Notes under the pieces: model-generated
Told to the model about the DNA's origin: nothing
Database searches by the model: none
What the model saw: only the letters and a program-made list of their open reading frames with translations
Shown: in pieces, positions 25,780 through 39,800 of the stretch
Position numbering within the stretch: position 1 is the first letter of the stretch
Layout: each line of letters starts with the position of its first letter
DNA from: Geosiphon pyriformis uo1
Taxonomy: Eukaryota > Fungi > Glomeromycota
Length of the DNA stretch: 64,000 nt
NCBI GenBank assembly: GCA_016748015.1
Contig: JAAOMT010000706.1
Span: 35,997 to 99,996 of the forward strand
Direction of reading: 5' to 3'
Program-made: the position numbers and the translations under genes

Positions 25780-28100
25780 TTGGCATTAATGATAAATCTG
25801 CCCAATATGATGTGGGCAAAAAAGAAGTTGAAGAAATCAAAAAGTGGGCTCTACAATAAGTTAATGAGTTTCTTAAAAAAAAGAGCAAAGAGTTATTCCT
25901 TATAAAAAAAAATTTTGATATAATTAAGACTAACAAAATATCTGGTCAAACCTTTCTGTTATTAACCAAAAAAAAACTTATACAAAATGGCATGAAAAAA
26001 GAACCAATAATGGCAATTGTTACTTTGGTTAAAAAACTTAAAAGTGAAGAGCAAGGTAATTAGTGAGTGAATATTGTAATCATCTGTTAATTTATGATCA
26101 AATATTAAGAAATAAGATCATATTGTGAGAATAATTAGAATGCATAACAACATACACATTAAGAGAAATATAGAATAAAGATAATAAATATTATTATATC
26201 TGTTTTCGTCTATTATTTTGATATTTTGTTTACTACCTATTTTTTTTTCTTTCCTTTTTTTTCTTTTATAATTATGTTAAAAAAAGCTAAGTATTAGGTA
26301 AAGAAGATTTATACAGATAATACCAAAAGTAAAAGCAATAAGGCTTTAGTCACAGATACATTTAAGTACAAGTTTGTAAACAACCAGAATTTTGTTGCCA
26401 ACTTTTACAGTCACATCAAATTTTGTTTGTTAAAGTGTTACAAAAATGATAGTTATTCTCTATATATTATATTGATTCAAAGCTTCAACTATAGGATGTT
26501 CTGCCTTATCACAGAGATTGCACAAGATATCTATGTTTTATATGTGTGCTTTTGACCACCAAAGAGCACAGGCTATTCTTTTTCATCAAGCATTGCATTC
26601 AACATTCTTGAGGAAATGCAGTTCGCAAAAATCAGCTGGTTTGAAACATTTTTAGAATACACAGTTGCTGCACTTGGTTGTATAATTCAAGATAGTCTGA
26701 CATTTTCCAAATATTAGAAAATACAGATGGATTTCAGCAAAGAGAAGAAGTTCTGAACTGACATTACTACTGACCTACAACATGCACTTAATGTAAGTTT
26801 TCTAAAGATAAAAAGTATTTCCAAGCAACTATATATAACTTCTGAAGTACTCACACTCAAATTTATGCTGTGTCTAGATAAGTCACATATTCTGACTACA
26901 ACAATTCACAAAACAAAGAAACAATCTCTATTTAGGATGATTTGATGTGCTTTGTAAAATATTAAATGAAAAACCTTTATGTGTATTATATTAGATACAG
27001 CTAGTTGTCTGTCCAATTTCATACCAACTGTAAAACATGAATTTTTTCTGCAGCTTTCAAATATCAAGCCACTTAAGTTGCTTTTGCCATTCATTAATAT
27101 TTCAATAATAGATGCATTGTTTATAGAACAAGTAGAAAATCTAACTGACAGATTTTTTCTAAGTCATGTCTTGTGGACTGCATTGCTTAAGTTTGGCATA
27201 TCAATTAAAAAAGCAGTTGAAACCACAAAAACAAAGTTGTTTGGTGGCACTGCAATCAATTTGCTAAGCATTTTTTTTACTGCTAAAACTAATAAACAGT
27301 TGGCCATGATTATTGTTATTATGTCTGTACTAATTTCTGTAAATATCTCATTATAATTGCATTTATTACATCTGCTAATAAATAGCTGCATGGCTATTTG
27401 TATTTCCATTAAAGAAAACAGAAGCCAAATGCTTATGATGTATCTATCTGAACTTATTTTTGCTGAAGCTATTATTAAAAAACAGTTATATGATACTAGT
27501 GAAAGTTCTTTAGCTGTTTGTAATATCATTTCAATGTGAATTCATTGATGCCAGTTACTATGACAAACTTGTTGCAAATAATTACATAGTAGAATTGCTT
27601 ACAAAAAAGTCAGGACAAAAATAGATTTTACACAAAAAAATTATCTTTCAAAGAATTCTTATCTTATTGTTTAGTAATTATGATGCTCTAATTACAACTA
27701 ACAATTCTTGAAAAGGATTGAAACTGGATAAATTATTACTGGAATTCATTCTATGCTTTAATCATTTTATATAGATAGAATATATTCTAAACAGTAAATT
27801 GCTTTAAATGACTGTTTAAATAAAGTACAGTTGCAATTTTGAAGTTTAATTAACCTGACATTGACCTTTTTATTCTACTCAAATGATGAAATGCTCAATT
27901 TACATATGTTACAAAATCAGTAAAAAACAGAAATGTTTTATAGGAAGGTTTTAATTATACCAAAAACTTAATTTATAAGATAAAGCTGCAGTATATATTC
28001 AGAGAACAGAATGTGATGACACTGTTATCATTCTTACACTTATGTTTCTATTGATCCTTGGATGACAAAAAAAAAAGATTTTATCTGTTCAAGTAGATGA
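25780..28100 (+). pseudogene. Crinkler-like pseudogene: N-terminal SAM-like header + P-loop NTPase + probable nuclease-fold C-terminus
   Basis: VEEIKKW...EFLKKK...IIKTNKISGQTFLLLT (SAM-like, 25826-26055), decayed Walker A QSFNYRMF (26478-26501, from QSSGYGKS), YVCF*PPKSTGY, LDTASCLSNFIP, MYLSELIFAEA (from YPSEPILAEA), FNHFI. Many stops. Confidence 0.7.
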
Positions 28101-28883
28101 AGCAAGAGAAGTTTGATTAATACTTAGCTGTCTTTTCAATAATATCATTTGTCTGTATTTCTCCTAAGATTAAAGAACTGAATATAATACTAATAGCCTA
28201 TGTTAGTCTATTTAATGACATGTGAAACAGTAAGACAGTTATAGACAGAATAACAATAGTAAAAAGTTTTGTTCTGTTATATTATTTATTAGACAATTGA
28301 AGTATATATTTTTATGTATGAAACAGCAATTATATAGTTTGCAGCTGGTTAAATTTTTTTGTAACAAGCTTTGTAATAAAAGCATATTGTTTTTAATTAT
28401 TTTTTATTTGGCAAGCAATAAGCTTTTATAAATGATGATTTTTAATTATAATATCTGTATAATTAAAATTATTAAAAAAAAATATATTAGTTAAGTTGGC
28501 TTTTTATTTTCTTGTTCAAATTAATAGTAGTAATAATAATAATCTAATACAATTATTGTTAGCCCAAAAAATTTGATAAGTATTTAATATTGGGAATTTA
28601 ATTGATAATTAATATTAAATAATGACTGTTTAAAAATAAGTACAAATTGCTAAAATTTTTATATATAACTGTTAAAAATAAATTTATAGTTTTTAAGTAT
28701 TTTAATTAAACATAATATTACTAGAAATTATTTTGTAATATTGTTAATACCAATTTTATTTATTAATTATATTGTTAATAAAACTTTTAAAGTTTTATTT
28801 ATTCACCAATTGATTTTAGGAAAATCTTATGTGATACATGTACATTATGAAAATAATATACTGAATTTAAAATAAGATTTGAG

Positions 28884-29049
28884 CATTACCATTACCATTA
28901 CCATTACCATCAAAAATCAAAAACATTTACATTTTACTAATCAAAAAGTATTGTTCAAAGAATTGGAAAATCCAATGCTTACGGCTATTTTTCTATTACC
29001 TCTAAGAGTCTCAAATTGAATATGATGATGATGATGATGATGATGATGA
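28884..29049. repeat. (ACCATT)4 and (TGA)9 microsatellites
   Basis: 28884-28910 and 29022-29049. Confidence 0.85.
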
Positions 29050-30089
29050 ACTTGACAGATGTTTTTAATATTAGTTATTTTACTTTGAAAAAATTCAAGT
29101 ATCCTACTACTGTAGTTAAAAAATTATTATTTATAAACGTAATTATGAATATGTAAAAGAATTAAAAAGAATTTTTAAAAGTTATACTTTATTTCTCAAA
29201 ACTTTTTTTAACCAAAAATAATTATAATTCAACTAGTTATTTTGAACAATGATAAAAAACTGTTTTAATTGCCAATTAACTGGTTAAAAAATTTTTTGTG
29301 GATTTCAAAGCACTATGAAATAATAATAAAGGTATATATCCAAAGTCTAAATATTAATCTATTTTCAAAAGTTAAAAACGAGAAAAGTTTGAAGTATAAT
29401 TTTAAAAAAGTTTGTAAAATTTGTTTCAACTTGGTATTCCTCTCCCTCCATTCCCATTCCCCTTCCCCTTCCCCTTCCCCTTTGATTTGGAGCAAAATAA
29501 AACCCTTTCTTACATTATAAATGTTTATATTACATGTATTCGAATACTAGATCCTCGATCTGAATAGGTAAATATTTGTTTTTCCTTTCAGAATGATTTT
29601 CATCTAGAAAATAAAACACATGAGGACTGAATTTAAGGAATATATATATATTATCTTTTTTAGTGAATCCCCATTTAATCAATTGATATTTGTCTGATTT
29701 ATAATCACACTTTCGAAACTCAAAATTCTTGAATTTTATAGAGCCACACATTATATAGTATAAAATTTATTAGTTCTTGAGAACGTCACTTTCTTGAAAG
29801 ATTATTAAAAATCATCCATTAGTGACTTTATTTATGATCAATATATAATATGAATCATTATAGTATTTGAATAATCGATTGAAAATAATTGGTAAATTTG
29901 TTATTCAAGATAAATATTCTTTTGATATCATCATATCGCACAAATACTTTCTTTTAACAGATGAATTTTTTTTTCCATTTTCCTGACAAAAAATTTTTTA
30001 TTATGATTATGATTTTTATCAAGTAGCCGACACATTTTCACTTTCATTGACAGAAAAGTTTATAGCTATTAAATCTTGAATTCCAAGTT

Positions 30090-31523
30090 TCATTGACAAT
30101 AATTCATAACTACACCCATATATGGACCAGAATGTATCAAATCTCGTGGGACATCATCAATCGATTGACCAGCGTTGCATTCCTTTATTTAAATATGGCA
30201 AATAATTAATGATTAAAATTTAATGGAACTAAAAATTTTCAAATGATGCTACCCACCATATTCTCTCCAGACATCCCACCATGTGGGAATAATGTTCCAT
30301 CTAAAATCTTATTTACTTTCCATCCTCTAGATTCATAATGAAATCCTTGACACTCCCATATTCTTGCCTCTTCAATACACTCACATCTTGTGGAAGTAAT
30401 CCAAAATTCTAATTCATGGTGTCCTAGAAAATATCTTCCAGTCTCACGCTTAGGAAAATGTGGAACGTGATCATTGCTATGAGTCACACGGTTTACTTCT
30501 AGCCATTTATTAACTAATTGGGCGAAAACAACATTTCCAATTCGAGGAGCACCGAATGTTACCACTTTTACAACAGGATCAGAAAATCTAAACCTATTTC
30601 CAGAGCTTTTTTGATCCTTTAAATAAGCCTCAATCTTCCATGTAAGGGCGGCAATAGTTGCGTATGCTATGGAATATATATACTCTATTTTTAAAACTTT
30701 TATTTTTAAAAATAAAAATAAAAATAAAAGATTTAAACATACCACCACCTACACCCCATCCTGTAAAGTAGAATTTAAGATGTTCAGTTGATTCCATTTT
30801 TCGGAGAGTACTTTCATGAGCCACAAAAAAAGTTTTTTTTATGGAAAGGAAATTTTTTTGCCATTCTTCATCCACAAGAACCAATTTATCGGGTATTAGA
30901 TTGTCTACTTCGAAAGCTATGAAATTTGGTCGTCGATTTTCCCATTCATATTTCGTCAATTCTGGCCCTACAGTGAATGTAAAAATTTTTTGTTAAGCTA
31001 AATCTTTGGAATAAATTATTTATAATAGTGTTTTGACAAATAGATTTTACCAGAGAAAGCAAAAATTACAGATGATAAATCTTTTCGCCCGATAGTAACT
31101 AAGTAGAATTGATTATTTTAAACTCTAAACTGAAGATTTCTTCTTTTTCTTTTTCTTTTTCTTTTAACACTAATATATCTCACCTGTGATTCGACGGCCA
31201 CTCAATGGAGGGGTCTTTGCACAAAATGCAATATTGGATGAAATAGCCATCATTAAACTTTCTTGTATAAATTCATCAAAATACGTGGAATTCGTTAGTT
31301 TTTTATTCGGATGATGAAGTGAACGTGAATTTATAGTATTTTCCCGGTTATTCAAATTATAATTATCCAAATTTAAATTCATTCTTTGAAATGAACTTTG
31401 ATTTTCTAATTTTGACGACAAAATCTTGATCTGCTGATATCTCGGATCGGACAAAAGTGAATTTGTAAACACTGAAGAAATAATGACATTAAATGTCCAA
31501 AAAATAATTACGAATATCCACAT
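30090..31523 (-). CDS. Secreted class 3 lipase-like protein lacking the catalytic Ser (5 exons)
   Basis: Hydrophobic signal peptide MWIFVIIFWTFNVIISSVFT; SNIAFC; spliced FTGWGVGGAYATIAAL; VTFGAPRIGN; RVTHSNDHVPHFP; HHELEFWI; last exon ECNAGQSIDDVPRDLIHSGPYMGVVMNYCQ*. GT-AG introns keep the frame. Confidence 0.88.
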
Positions 31524-32708
31524 GAGGGACGAAAAATTTCGATTGAATTAAAATAATATAAGAACGAGAATAAAATGGTATAGGGCAAATTTTTAAACCA
31601 CCACAGATATTTTGAAAATGATATATGACAGTTGGAAAATTCCTGATCCACGATCAATTACATGCGTGGGTAAATTTAAACGTAAAAAAAAAAAAAACAA
31701 TCGTCAAAATATTTAAAACGGTGTTTATGAACTTACTAAGCTAGAATATGTTTGTAACTTGGAAAGATTATTGATTTCTAAATATTTATTTTGAGCTCTT
31801 ATTAAAATAGCTACATTTTTTTCTAAATACATGTACATCTAACCTAAAAATTGAACCCTTTGGGATTAAAAATTTATTTCTAACGACAACATTAATATCT
31901 TCACAAAAAGTAAATGGTCGAATTTTTTTTTTGAAAAAAACTTTGATTTTCACAACAGTCTCTTCCTAGTATAGGTCCCATTATTACTAATAATATTTAA
32001 AATAAACAATTTCAAGGAATTGCTGCAAAAAAAATGGGTCCAGCAAAAAGCATCCAAGTTTTTCAAAGATTTAGAGTTTATGAGATTATACAAAAAAAAC
32101 TGAATTTTGAAAATTTAAATTTTGATTATTTTTTATGTGACAATTTTTTACATTCTCTTGAATTTGATTAAAATAGGTAACAAAAAATTATTACCTATTC
32201 AATAAGACCAATAAAACTTTTTCATGTTTTTATATAGATATCTTATTTATTTATTTTACTAACCATTTTACAATATAAAAGAAAATGAAAATTAACTAGT
32301 TTTTTTCTGACTGTTTATAAAATTTTAATTAAAACAATAACAACAACAATAATAATAATAATAATTATCTTTTAAATACAATTTAATAAATACTTTTATA
32401 CTTTGTTTTGTTTTTTCTTCATTTATTTTATGTGTTTGTTTAAAATATTAAACCAATTTTAATAATAAGAAATAATTTTATAATTTTTAATACAATTTTT
32501 ATATTATATTTTGTAATATCATAGTTCAGAATAACAAAATAATAAATAACAGAAGGCAAAAAAATTGGGAAATGAATAAAATTAATAATCAATTATTTCG
32601 GTTTTTTATTTTAAAAAAAATCAGTTTTAAAAACAAAATTTTATTTTTTATTTTTATCGTTTTTTTAAATTTGTATATTATTAAAATTTAAAAGCCTTAT
32701 TACCAGAA

Positions 32709-32736
32709 AACAAACAAACAAACAAACAAACAAACA
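32709..32736. repeat. (AAAC)7 microsatellite
   Basis: Direct reading. Confidence 0.9.
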
Positions 32737-33084
32737 ATCTCAACTTTTTTAGACATTCTTTATGGTTTGTTGCATATATTCAAAGGGTTGTTAATATCTG
32801 ATTTTTTAAACCTTTTTTTTAATTCTATTTTTATTATCAAAAACAAATTTTTTCAGAGTAAAAAGCTCAACATTTTTTCTTTAAACATTAAAAAAATAAA
32901 AAGACAATTAATTTTCAAAATTTAATTATTATATAGACTAAATCTGTATTTTAATATTAATTTTTAGTAATTTTTGTTGACAAAATTTTCATAATTAAAA
33001 ATATTATAATTTATTAAATGAGTAGCTTTATCTATTGAATCAAAAACTGTATATAAATAATTTTATGATTATGAAATTATTTTT

Positions 33085-33311
33085 AAAAATTCTTGGGCTG
33101 TTTATTGGTATCAAATGGGAGCTCAGGCTGGTGATTTGAGGTTATTAGCGGTACAAATAAAAAAGACTTTATCCATCGGAACCGGAAATTGAATGTAGTC
33201 AATATAATTTTGCCCTATTGTTACAGTCGAGGAATTGGGATTGAACAAGATAAAGAGATGGCTCATTACTTTTTAAATCCACCACAACTTATTGAGAATA
33301 GTTCTTGTTGA
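33085..33311 (+). pseudogene. Sel1-like repeat gene fragment
   Basis: ILGLFYWYQMG, then after a frameshift LPYCYSRGIGIEQDKEMAHYF, matching the Sel1 consensus. Confidence 0.6.
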
Positions 33312-36300
33312 TTTTTATGTTAAAAGATCTTCTCTGGGCGCTTAAAGTTTAATTTTAGTTGGAAAAAGCTTTCATAAAATTTAGTTGATTTGTTCTTTTT
33401 TTGATGGTGGAGCAAATTTTTCATTCAAAAAGTTTTCCTTGTGACTTTTGAAAATGAAAAGCAAATCATTAGAAGAGAAAAGAATATTAATATATTTTGT
33501 AGCATAATTTTTTTCAAAAATCCCAAGTCTTTGTTGAAAAGAAATTTGAAAAATTTTAATGAAACCAGTACGGTATTGACTATTTATAACAAATTTGAAA
33601 CACTAATTGGTTATCTTCGAAATAATTCTTTTATTTAAAAAAAAGTTTCGGATATAAAAGACTTAGTGAAATACAAATGATATCAAGTCACTCATTTTAT
33701 ATTTATATATATTATTTATCTTATCTAATATTTGTAATAAACAATTTTATTATTATTGCGATAATTAATAAAAACCCTTGAAAAATAAAATATACTTTAT
33801 GATTTCAAAGAAGTTAAAATATCTTTCTAGCAGTATGAAATATTATCTGTAATTATAGTTACTTTATTTTAGAAGTACTTTACAATTCTTAGGGTAAAAG
33901 ATTTTCATAATGCTAAATAGTAATAATAAGCTATTAAAAGTTTTAAATTTAATTTACTAATCCTCATCAAAGAATATACTTATATGCTGTTAAGAAATTA
34001 CTATTGAAACAAACAGTTAAAAATGGTCCCACATTTTTTCTTATTATGAGAAAAAGCAAAATTTAGTAAATATTTTAGCTTATTATATTTAGTCTAAAAT
34101 CTTCGAGACTTTTAGATTTTTGAGATTTTTAAGAATTTAAGAAATAAGTATATCAAGAGATTACATGCCATTATATTTTTTGTAATAACTGCAAAAATTT
34201 TAAACTTTTATCTTAGAAATCTTAATATAAATATATTTCTTCTTATAAAACAAATCTACAATACAAAATTTACTATACTGTTAAGAATACATCTTTTTCC
34301 ACAAATTTTAATAGCAAAGCCCAATATTAAATAAAAATCCTAGAATATCAGAAAAACTAATTGATTTTACTAGCAATATTAATAGAATTTGGATATTACT
34401 CATTTGCCAATAAAACTGTTGAAAATTAAATACCATCATTTCTTTAGATAAAAAAATTTATATAAAAACTAGTTTTTTTGTTCTGCTGCATTTTTTTGGG
34501 AGAATTATACAGACTAGTTTATATATTTGACACTAAGTACAATAAATGTACTTTAAAAATTAATCAATAAATTTACTGTTAAAATTCGAAAGTAGAAATG
34601 CACTATTAAAGATATCGACAAAGTTTTATTTTTTTTAAAAAATAAATCAAAACATTGCAATTGCAACAAAATATAAATAAAAAAATGAAATAGCTATTAA
34701 TAAATCATTGAATTTTAATTCCCAAAAAATAATATTTTTTGGTTAACATTTCTGACGTAATTAACACAAAATATTGACATGACTTAAGAAGTTTCGCAAA
34801 TAAACAAGTTTTACCATATAATTAGTAAAAACTCCTGGCTTTACTCCTAATATTGTTATTAAATTCTCACTTTATGATAGGCCTTACAACTTAACACTTA
34901 TATTTTTATTTAGTGTAAATTTTATCTTAAACACTGGAAATATAATAAAAAGATTTAATGTATAAAGCAAATAATCTAGTAAATTTGAAAATAAATAACA
35001 AATAATTTTGTTTTTGCTCAAATATCTTTGAATTTTAAATTAAGCAATATTCATTTATTTCAAAAAAAAAAAACTAATGTCTAAAGACTAACAAAATTCA
35101 AATACTGTACCTTTAACCAAAAAGTATTAATAAGCTTTAATTAAAAAACTCTTTCAATCAACATCAAAAAAAACTAAATAATTTTTTTGTTAAAGAGTTT
35201 TTTGATTACATTTTTTGTTATTTTGAATTTTAAAAATTAATTTTTTATGAAATAAACAATTAAATCATTTAAGAAACAAATTACAACCAATATTTTATCA
35301 ATTTTATCTTACGAATATCTATAAAATCAATTTCAAATAAAATATTTCTTATATACTTGATATTTTTATTTTTATTTTACTTTGTAAATTTGTTATTTAA
35401 AATTTTCATTATCAATTAATGTATAAAAATATTTTTAATTTTAGCAGTAGCACTAATTTTAATTCAAGTAAATTCTTTATTTTTTAATGAGTTTTCAATG
35501 TTTTATATATTCTTAAAATTGTAAGAAATTAAATTTTATAGCTTTTCTAATAAATAATATAAGCTTTCTGTAATGTATAATCTCATTACACAAAGTGACA
35601 ATTTTCAAATGAATTTTAAAGATTGTAATAATTCTAATGACTTAAAATTGCACTTCCATCGTTATTTTAAATGGTAAAAAATATTTGTTTTTGTTTATTT
35701 TTTTTAATTAAGGAGTAACTTGAAAAGCTGAAATATGTACACAAATAAGTCGCCCAAAAATTATTTGTAAAATGAATATTATACAGTAAAAATGCTCAAG
35801 AAAAAGGACACATTTTTAGAGAGTCTGTTATTTGCGTTAAAATTAAAAAATACTTTGTTAAACTAGAAATTTTTTCAATCTCATGCTCTAAAGAAAAGTT
35901 GAGGAAAATAAGAAAACTTGAAAACTGCTTACAATATTTTTTATTTATTGCATTGATTCTTTAAGAAAACTTTTAAGTTAAGGAAGTGCACCAGGTTTAA
36001 ATTCTTGAGCAATTTTTTCTTGTTTCTCTAATAATTTTTTTTAATAATTATTCTTGGCTACATAGTCTAAAGGATATTGGGGCACTAAAAAGATTAAATT
36101 AGCATAAAAGATTCAAAATGCTGATACTAGCGGCAAAGAGTAGAGTAAAAGAAGACAATAGGCTTTGAACACTGCCAGTTCAGCGTTGAAAAGTAAAAGG
36201 TTGGCTAAAAAAAATAATACTGATTACAGAAATATATATATGAATCAATTATCTTTGTGTTTTAATCCCGATTGAATCTAACTGCTATAAAGAAGGAATA

Positions 36301-36800
36301 AAATGAAATTCGAACCCCAGTATCTATTTAAATAAAATTAATGAGATTAATGAATTATGAAAATATATCCGTTTTCCCTTTCTATTCAATCATACCATTT
36401 TAATACTTTAATATGAAAGTAGCCACTAATCAATCAATTTAAATAGATTATAAATATAATGTAATTTGTTGTGCTTTTAAAAAATCTTTTAAGTCTCAAT
36501 ATTCTAGAACCATTTCATAACAAAATAATAATTATTCTATGTCTTATTTCAAAATCATTTAGTTTGTTTTTTTGAAGTTACAATAATTTGAAATATATAA
36601 AATGTAAAAGATTGAAGTTTATAGAAGAAAAATTTATTAGTTTATCCAAAATGTCAAAATTCCACTTTTAATATTTCAATCATGTTTATATATAATTTTT
36701 TTGAAAAGGAAACGCTTTACAGTCAATAATCTTCACACTTGAAAATGAAGGTAAACTTCTTTTAATAATTAAACTATATATGATAGTCTATACTATATTT

Positions 36801-39800
36801 TTAAGAACCAATTCCTCCCTCAAATTCATCATCTGTTCTAAGTTAAATATCAATAAAAACAATTAATATAATTATTAAACTGCTCACTGATTTAGTCCAT
36901 TTAATCAGAACTTGAATTCATCGATCGTGTAATTATCACGACGAATTGGTCTATAATTGCTGATTTAGTGAAATCCCCAATTTCAACTCTAATAAAAGGT
37001 GTTTAAACTAAAGGTTTTTTAAAATATTGATCACAATAAATGAAAGGCTTACCATTTGTAGAAAGTCTAGATTTTGAGATTAATCGGCTTATATATCTTG
37101 TCGTATCTCGGAGAGCATATTGTGTCTCTTCGGAAATAAGTATTTTTTCACGGATAGATTGATTTAAGTTACAATTATCGCGAGCTGCAATAACTTTTTG
37201 TTGAAGTTCTTCTGCGGTGTCACGGTATTGCGGATCACAATGCCAATTCTTTACAATAATTTCCTGAATACATTGAGGTGTATGTTTCTTGATTATAGGA
37301 CGCTTGCCATCAATCACACCCAATTGAATGTGAATAGGATCTATGTCACCCAAAGGTCTTTGTCCTGAAATAATTTCACAGGAAATGATGGCAAAACTGT
37401 ATACATCGCTGTATTTAGTATGAAAACCCCCATTGCAAATCTCGGGCGCAAGATACTCAAGAACACCATAAATCTTGCCGGACTGTGGAGCGTAATCTGC
37501 GGGACGACAGAGTCCAAGATCAGAAATGACAACTTTTAAGGGTTTTGTTTTCAAAACTAGGATATTTCCAGGATGCAAGTCCCCATGCACCAGTTTTGAT
37601 CCATGTATAAACCTTAGGCCACCAGCAATTTGAAAAAGAATCCGTAGACACATATCCCAATTAAGAGTGTTTTCGTTCGTCTTGAGAAAAGCGCTGAGGT
37701 CTCCGTGTTCTGCAAACGGTAAAACCATACCAAATCCATCGGTTGTAACATCTTTGGTTATTCCATAGCATTCAAGAATGTATTTGCAAGGGGCACTTTT
37801 ATGATGCGCAATAAACTATACAAGTACAGTATTTAGTGTTAGAAAAGAAATAGAATAATAAAAATCTCATAGATTTCTCAACAGAAATACCTCATGTGAA
37901 TTGATATGTTTCATATTTTGGCTATCTTTAAAATATTTCAAAGCAACCTTTGTAACCCCAGTTCGTTCATACTTTTGAATTTTCTTGTCCCAACATAGAA
38001 TTCTGCCTTTCTCCCATCTGCCTTCTTTAACAATACCAAATCCTCCTGCTCCTACCTGATCTAAACATATAATCTCATTGGGAGAAATCCATTCCAGACA
38101 CCCTCTGCAGTTTTCAGAATTACGCTGTGTATATAGTATATATTGATCAATATTATCATTTCCACTATTCCATGTTTGCCAAACCTTTGAAAATCTTGAA
38201 TCTTCACAATATTTACACCAAAGTGGATCTTTTAATGTTCTATTGCATTCTAGACATTTCGGCAATCCGACTTTAAAGGTATAATCACTTTTATCAGTAT
38301 CACAAAATGGACATATAGGAGGTCCATTAATGATTATACCCAAGTTGCCACATTTAAAACACTTGAATTCATCTGAAAGCTGGTCAAAGAAAGCTTCAAA
38401 ATCTAAAAATTCTCCTTTCAAATTATCTGGGTATTTAAAGCCTCGATTTTGAAATCGTAAAATGATATATTCCAGATCTTTTTGATCCTCTAAAGTGAGG
38501 TTATGGATATTCAAATCAGGAAAATCCCTTAGATAGCACAAGTTATTTGCTCCCGCTGCTTTTAAATAGAGTAGAAATGCTTTCTCGAGGTTTTTTGTGG
38601 TTCCCCATCCACTTTGATAACACCATCCAAGATTATATTGTGCATTTTGATTTTCCGCCTTTGCTGTTTTTAAATATAATTGAAATGTTTCTTCTATATT
38701 TTTCACTATTTCCCATCCATTTCGACAATACGTTCCAATACTGGTTTGTGGACTCGGATTTCCCACTTTTTCCATATCTCTAAGAGCGATTTGTCCAAGT
38801 AAATGTCCTGCCTCTGCTGCCTTTGAATAGAGTTTAAATGCTTTTTCTGAATTTTTTTTCGTTCCTTCTCCATTAGCATAACAAATTGCAAGATTGTATT
38901 GTGCACTTAAATGTCCTGCCTCTGCTGCTTTTGAATAGAGCTTAAATGCTTTGGCTGAATTTTTTGTCGTTCCTTCTCCATTAGCATAATAAAGTGCAAG
39001 ATTGTATTTTGCATCTAAATGTCCCGCCTCTGCTGCTTTTGAATAGACTTCAAATGCTTTTGCAGAATTTTTTCTCGTTCCCCTTCCATTAGCATGAGAA
39101 AGTGCAAGATTGTATTGTGCCTTTAAATGTCCCGCCTCTGCTGCTTTTGAATAGAGTTCAAATGCCTTCTCTGAATTTTTTGTCGTTCCCCTTCCATTAG
39201 CATAACAAAGTGCAAGATTGTATTGTGCATCTAAATGTCCCGCCTCTGCTGCTTTTGAATAAAGTTCAAATGCTTTGGCTGAATTTTTTGTCGTTCCTTC
39301 TCCATTAGCATAACGAACTGCAAGATTGTATTGTGCACTTAAATGTCCCGCCTCTGCTGCTTTTGAATAGAGTTCAAATGCTTTTTCTGAATTTTTTGTC
39401 GTTCCCCTTCCATTCGCATAACAAAGTGCAAGATTGAATTGTGCCTTTAAATCTCCCACCTCTGCTGCTTTTGAATAGAGTTCAAATGCCTTCTCTGAAT
39501 TTTTTGGCGTTCCCCTTCCATTAGCATAACAAAGTGCAAGATTGTATTGCGCCTTTAAATCTCCCACCTCTGCTGCTTTTGAATAGAGTTTAAATGCCTT
39601 TTCTGAATTTTTTGTCGTTCCTTCTCCATTAGCATAAAAAAGTGCAAGATTGTATTGTGCCTTTAAATGTCCCGCCTCTGCTGCTTTTGAATAGAGTTCA
39701 AATGCTTTTTCTGAATTTTTTGTCGTTCCCCTTCCATTAGCATAACAAAGTGCAAGATTGTATTGTGCTTTTAAATCTCCCACATCTGCTGCTTTTGAAT

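Noticed and set aside
33900-34520. Slightly GC-richer stretch that may be a decayed CDS (similar at 41560-42480 and 7740-8400)
   Set aside because: No motif could be recognised in any frame.
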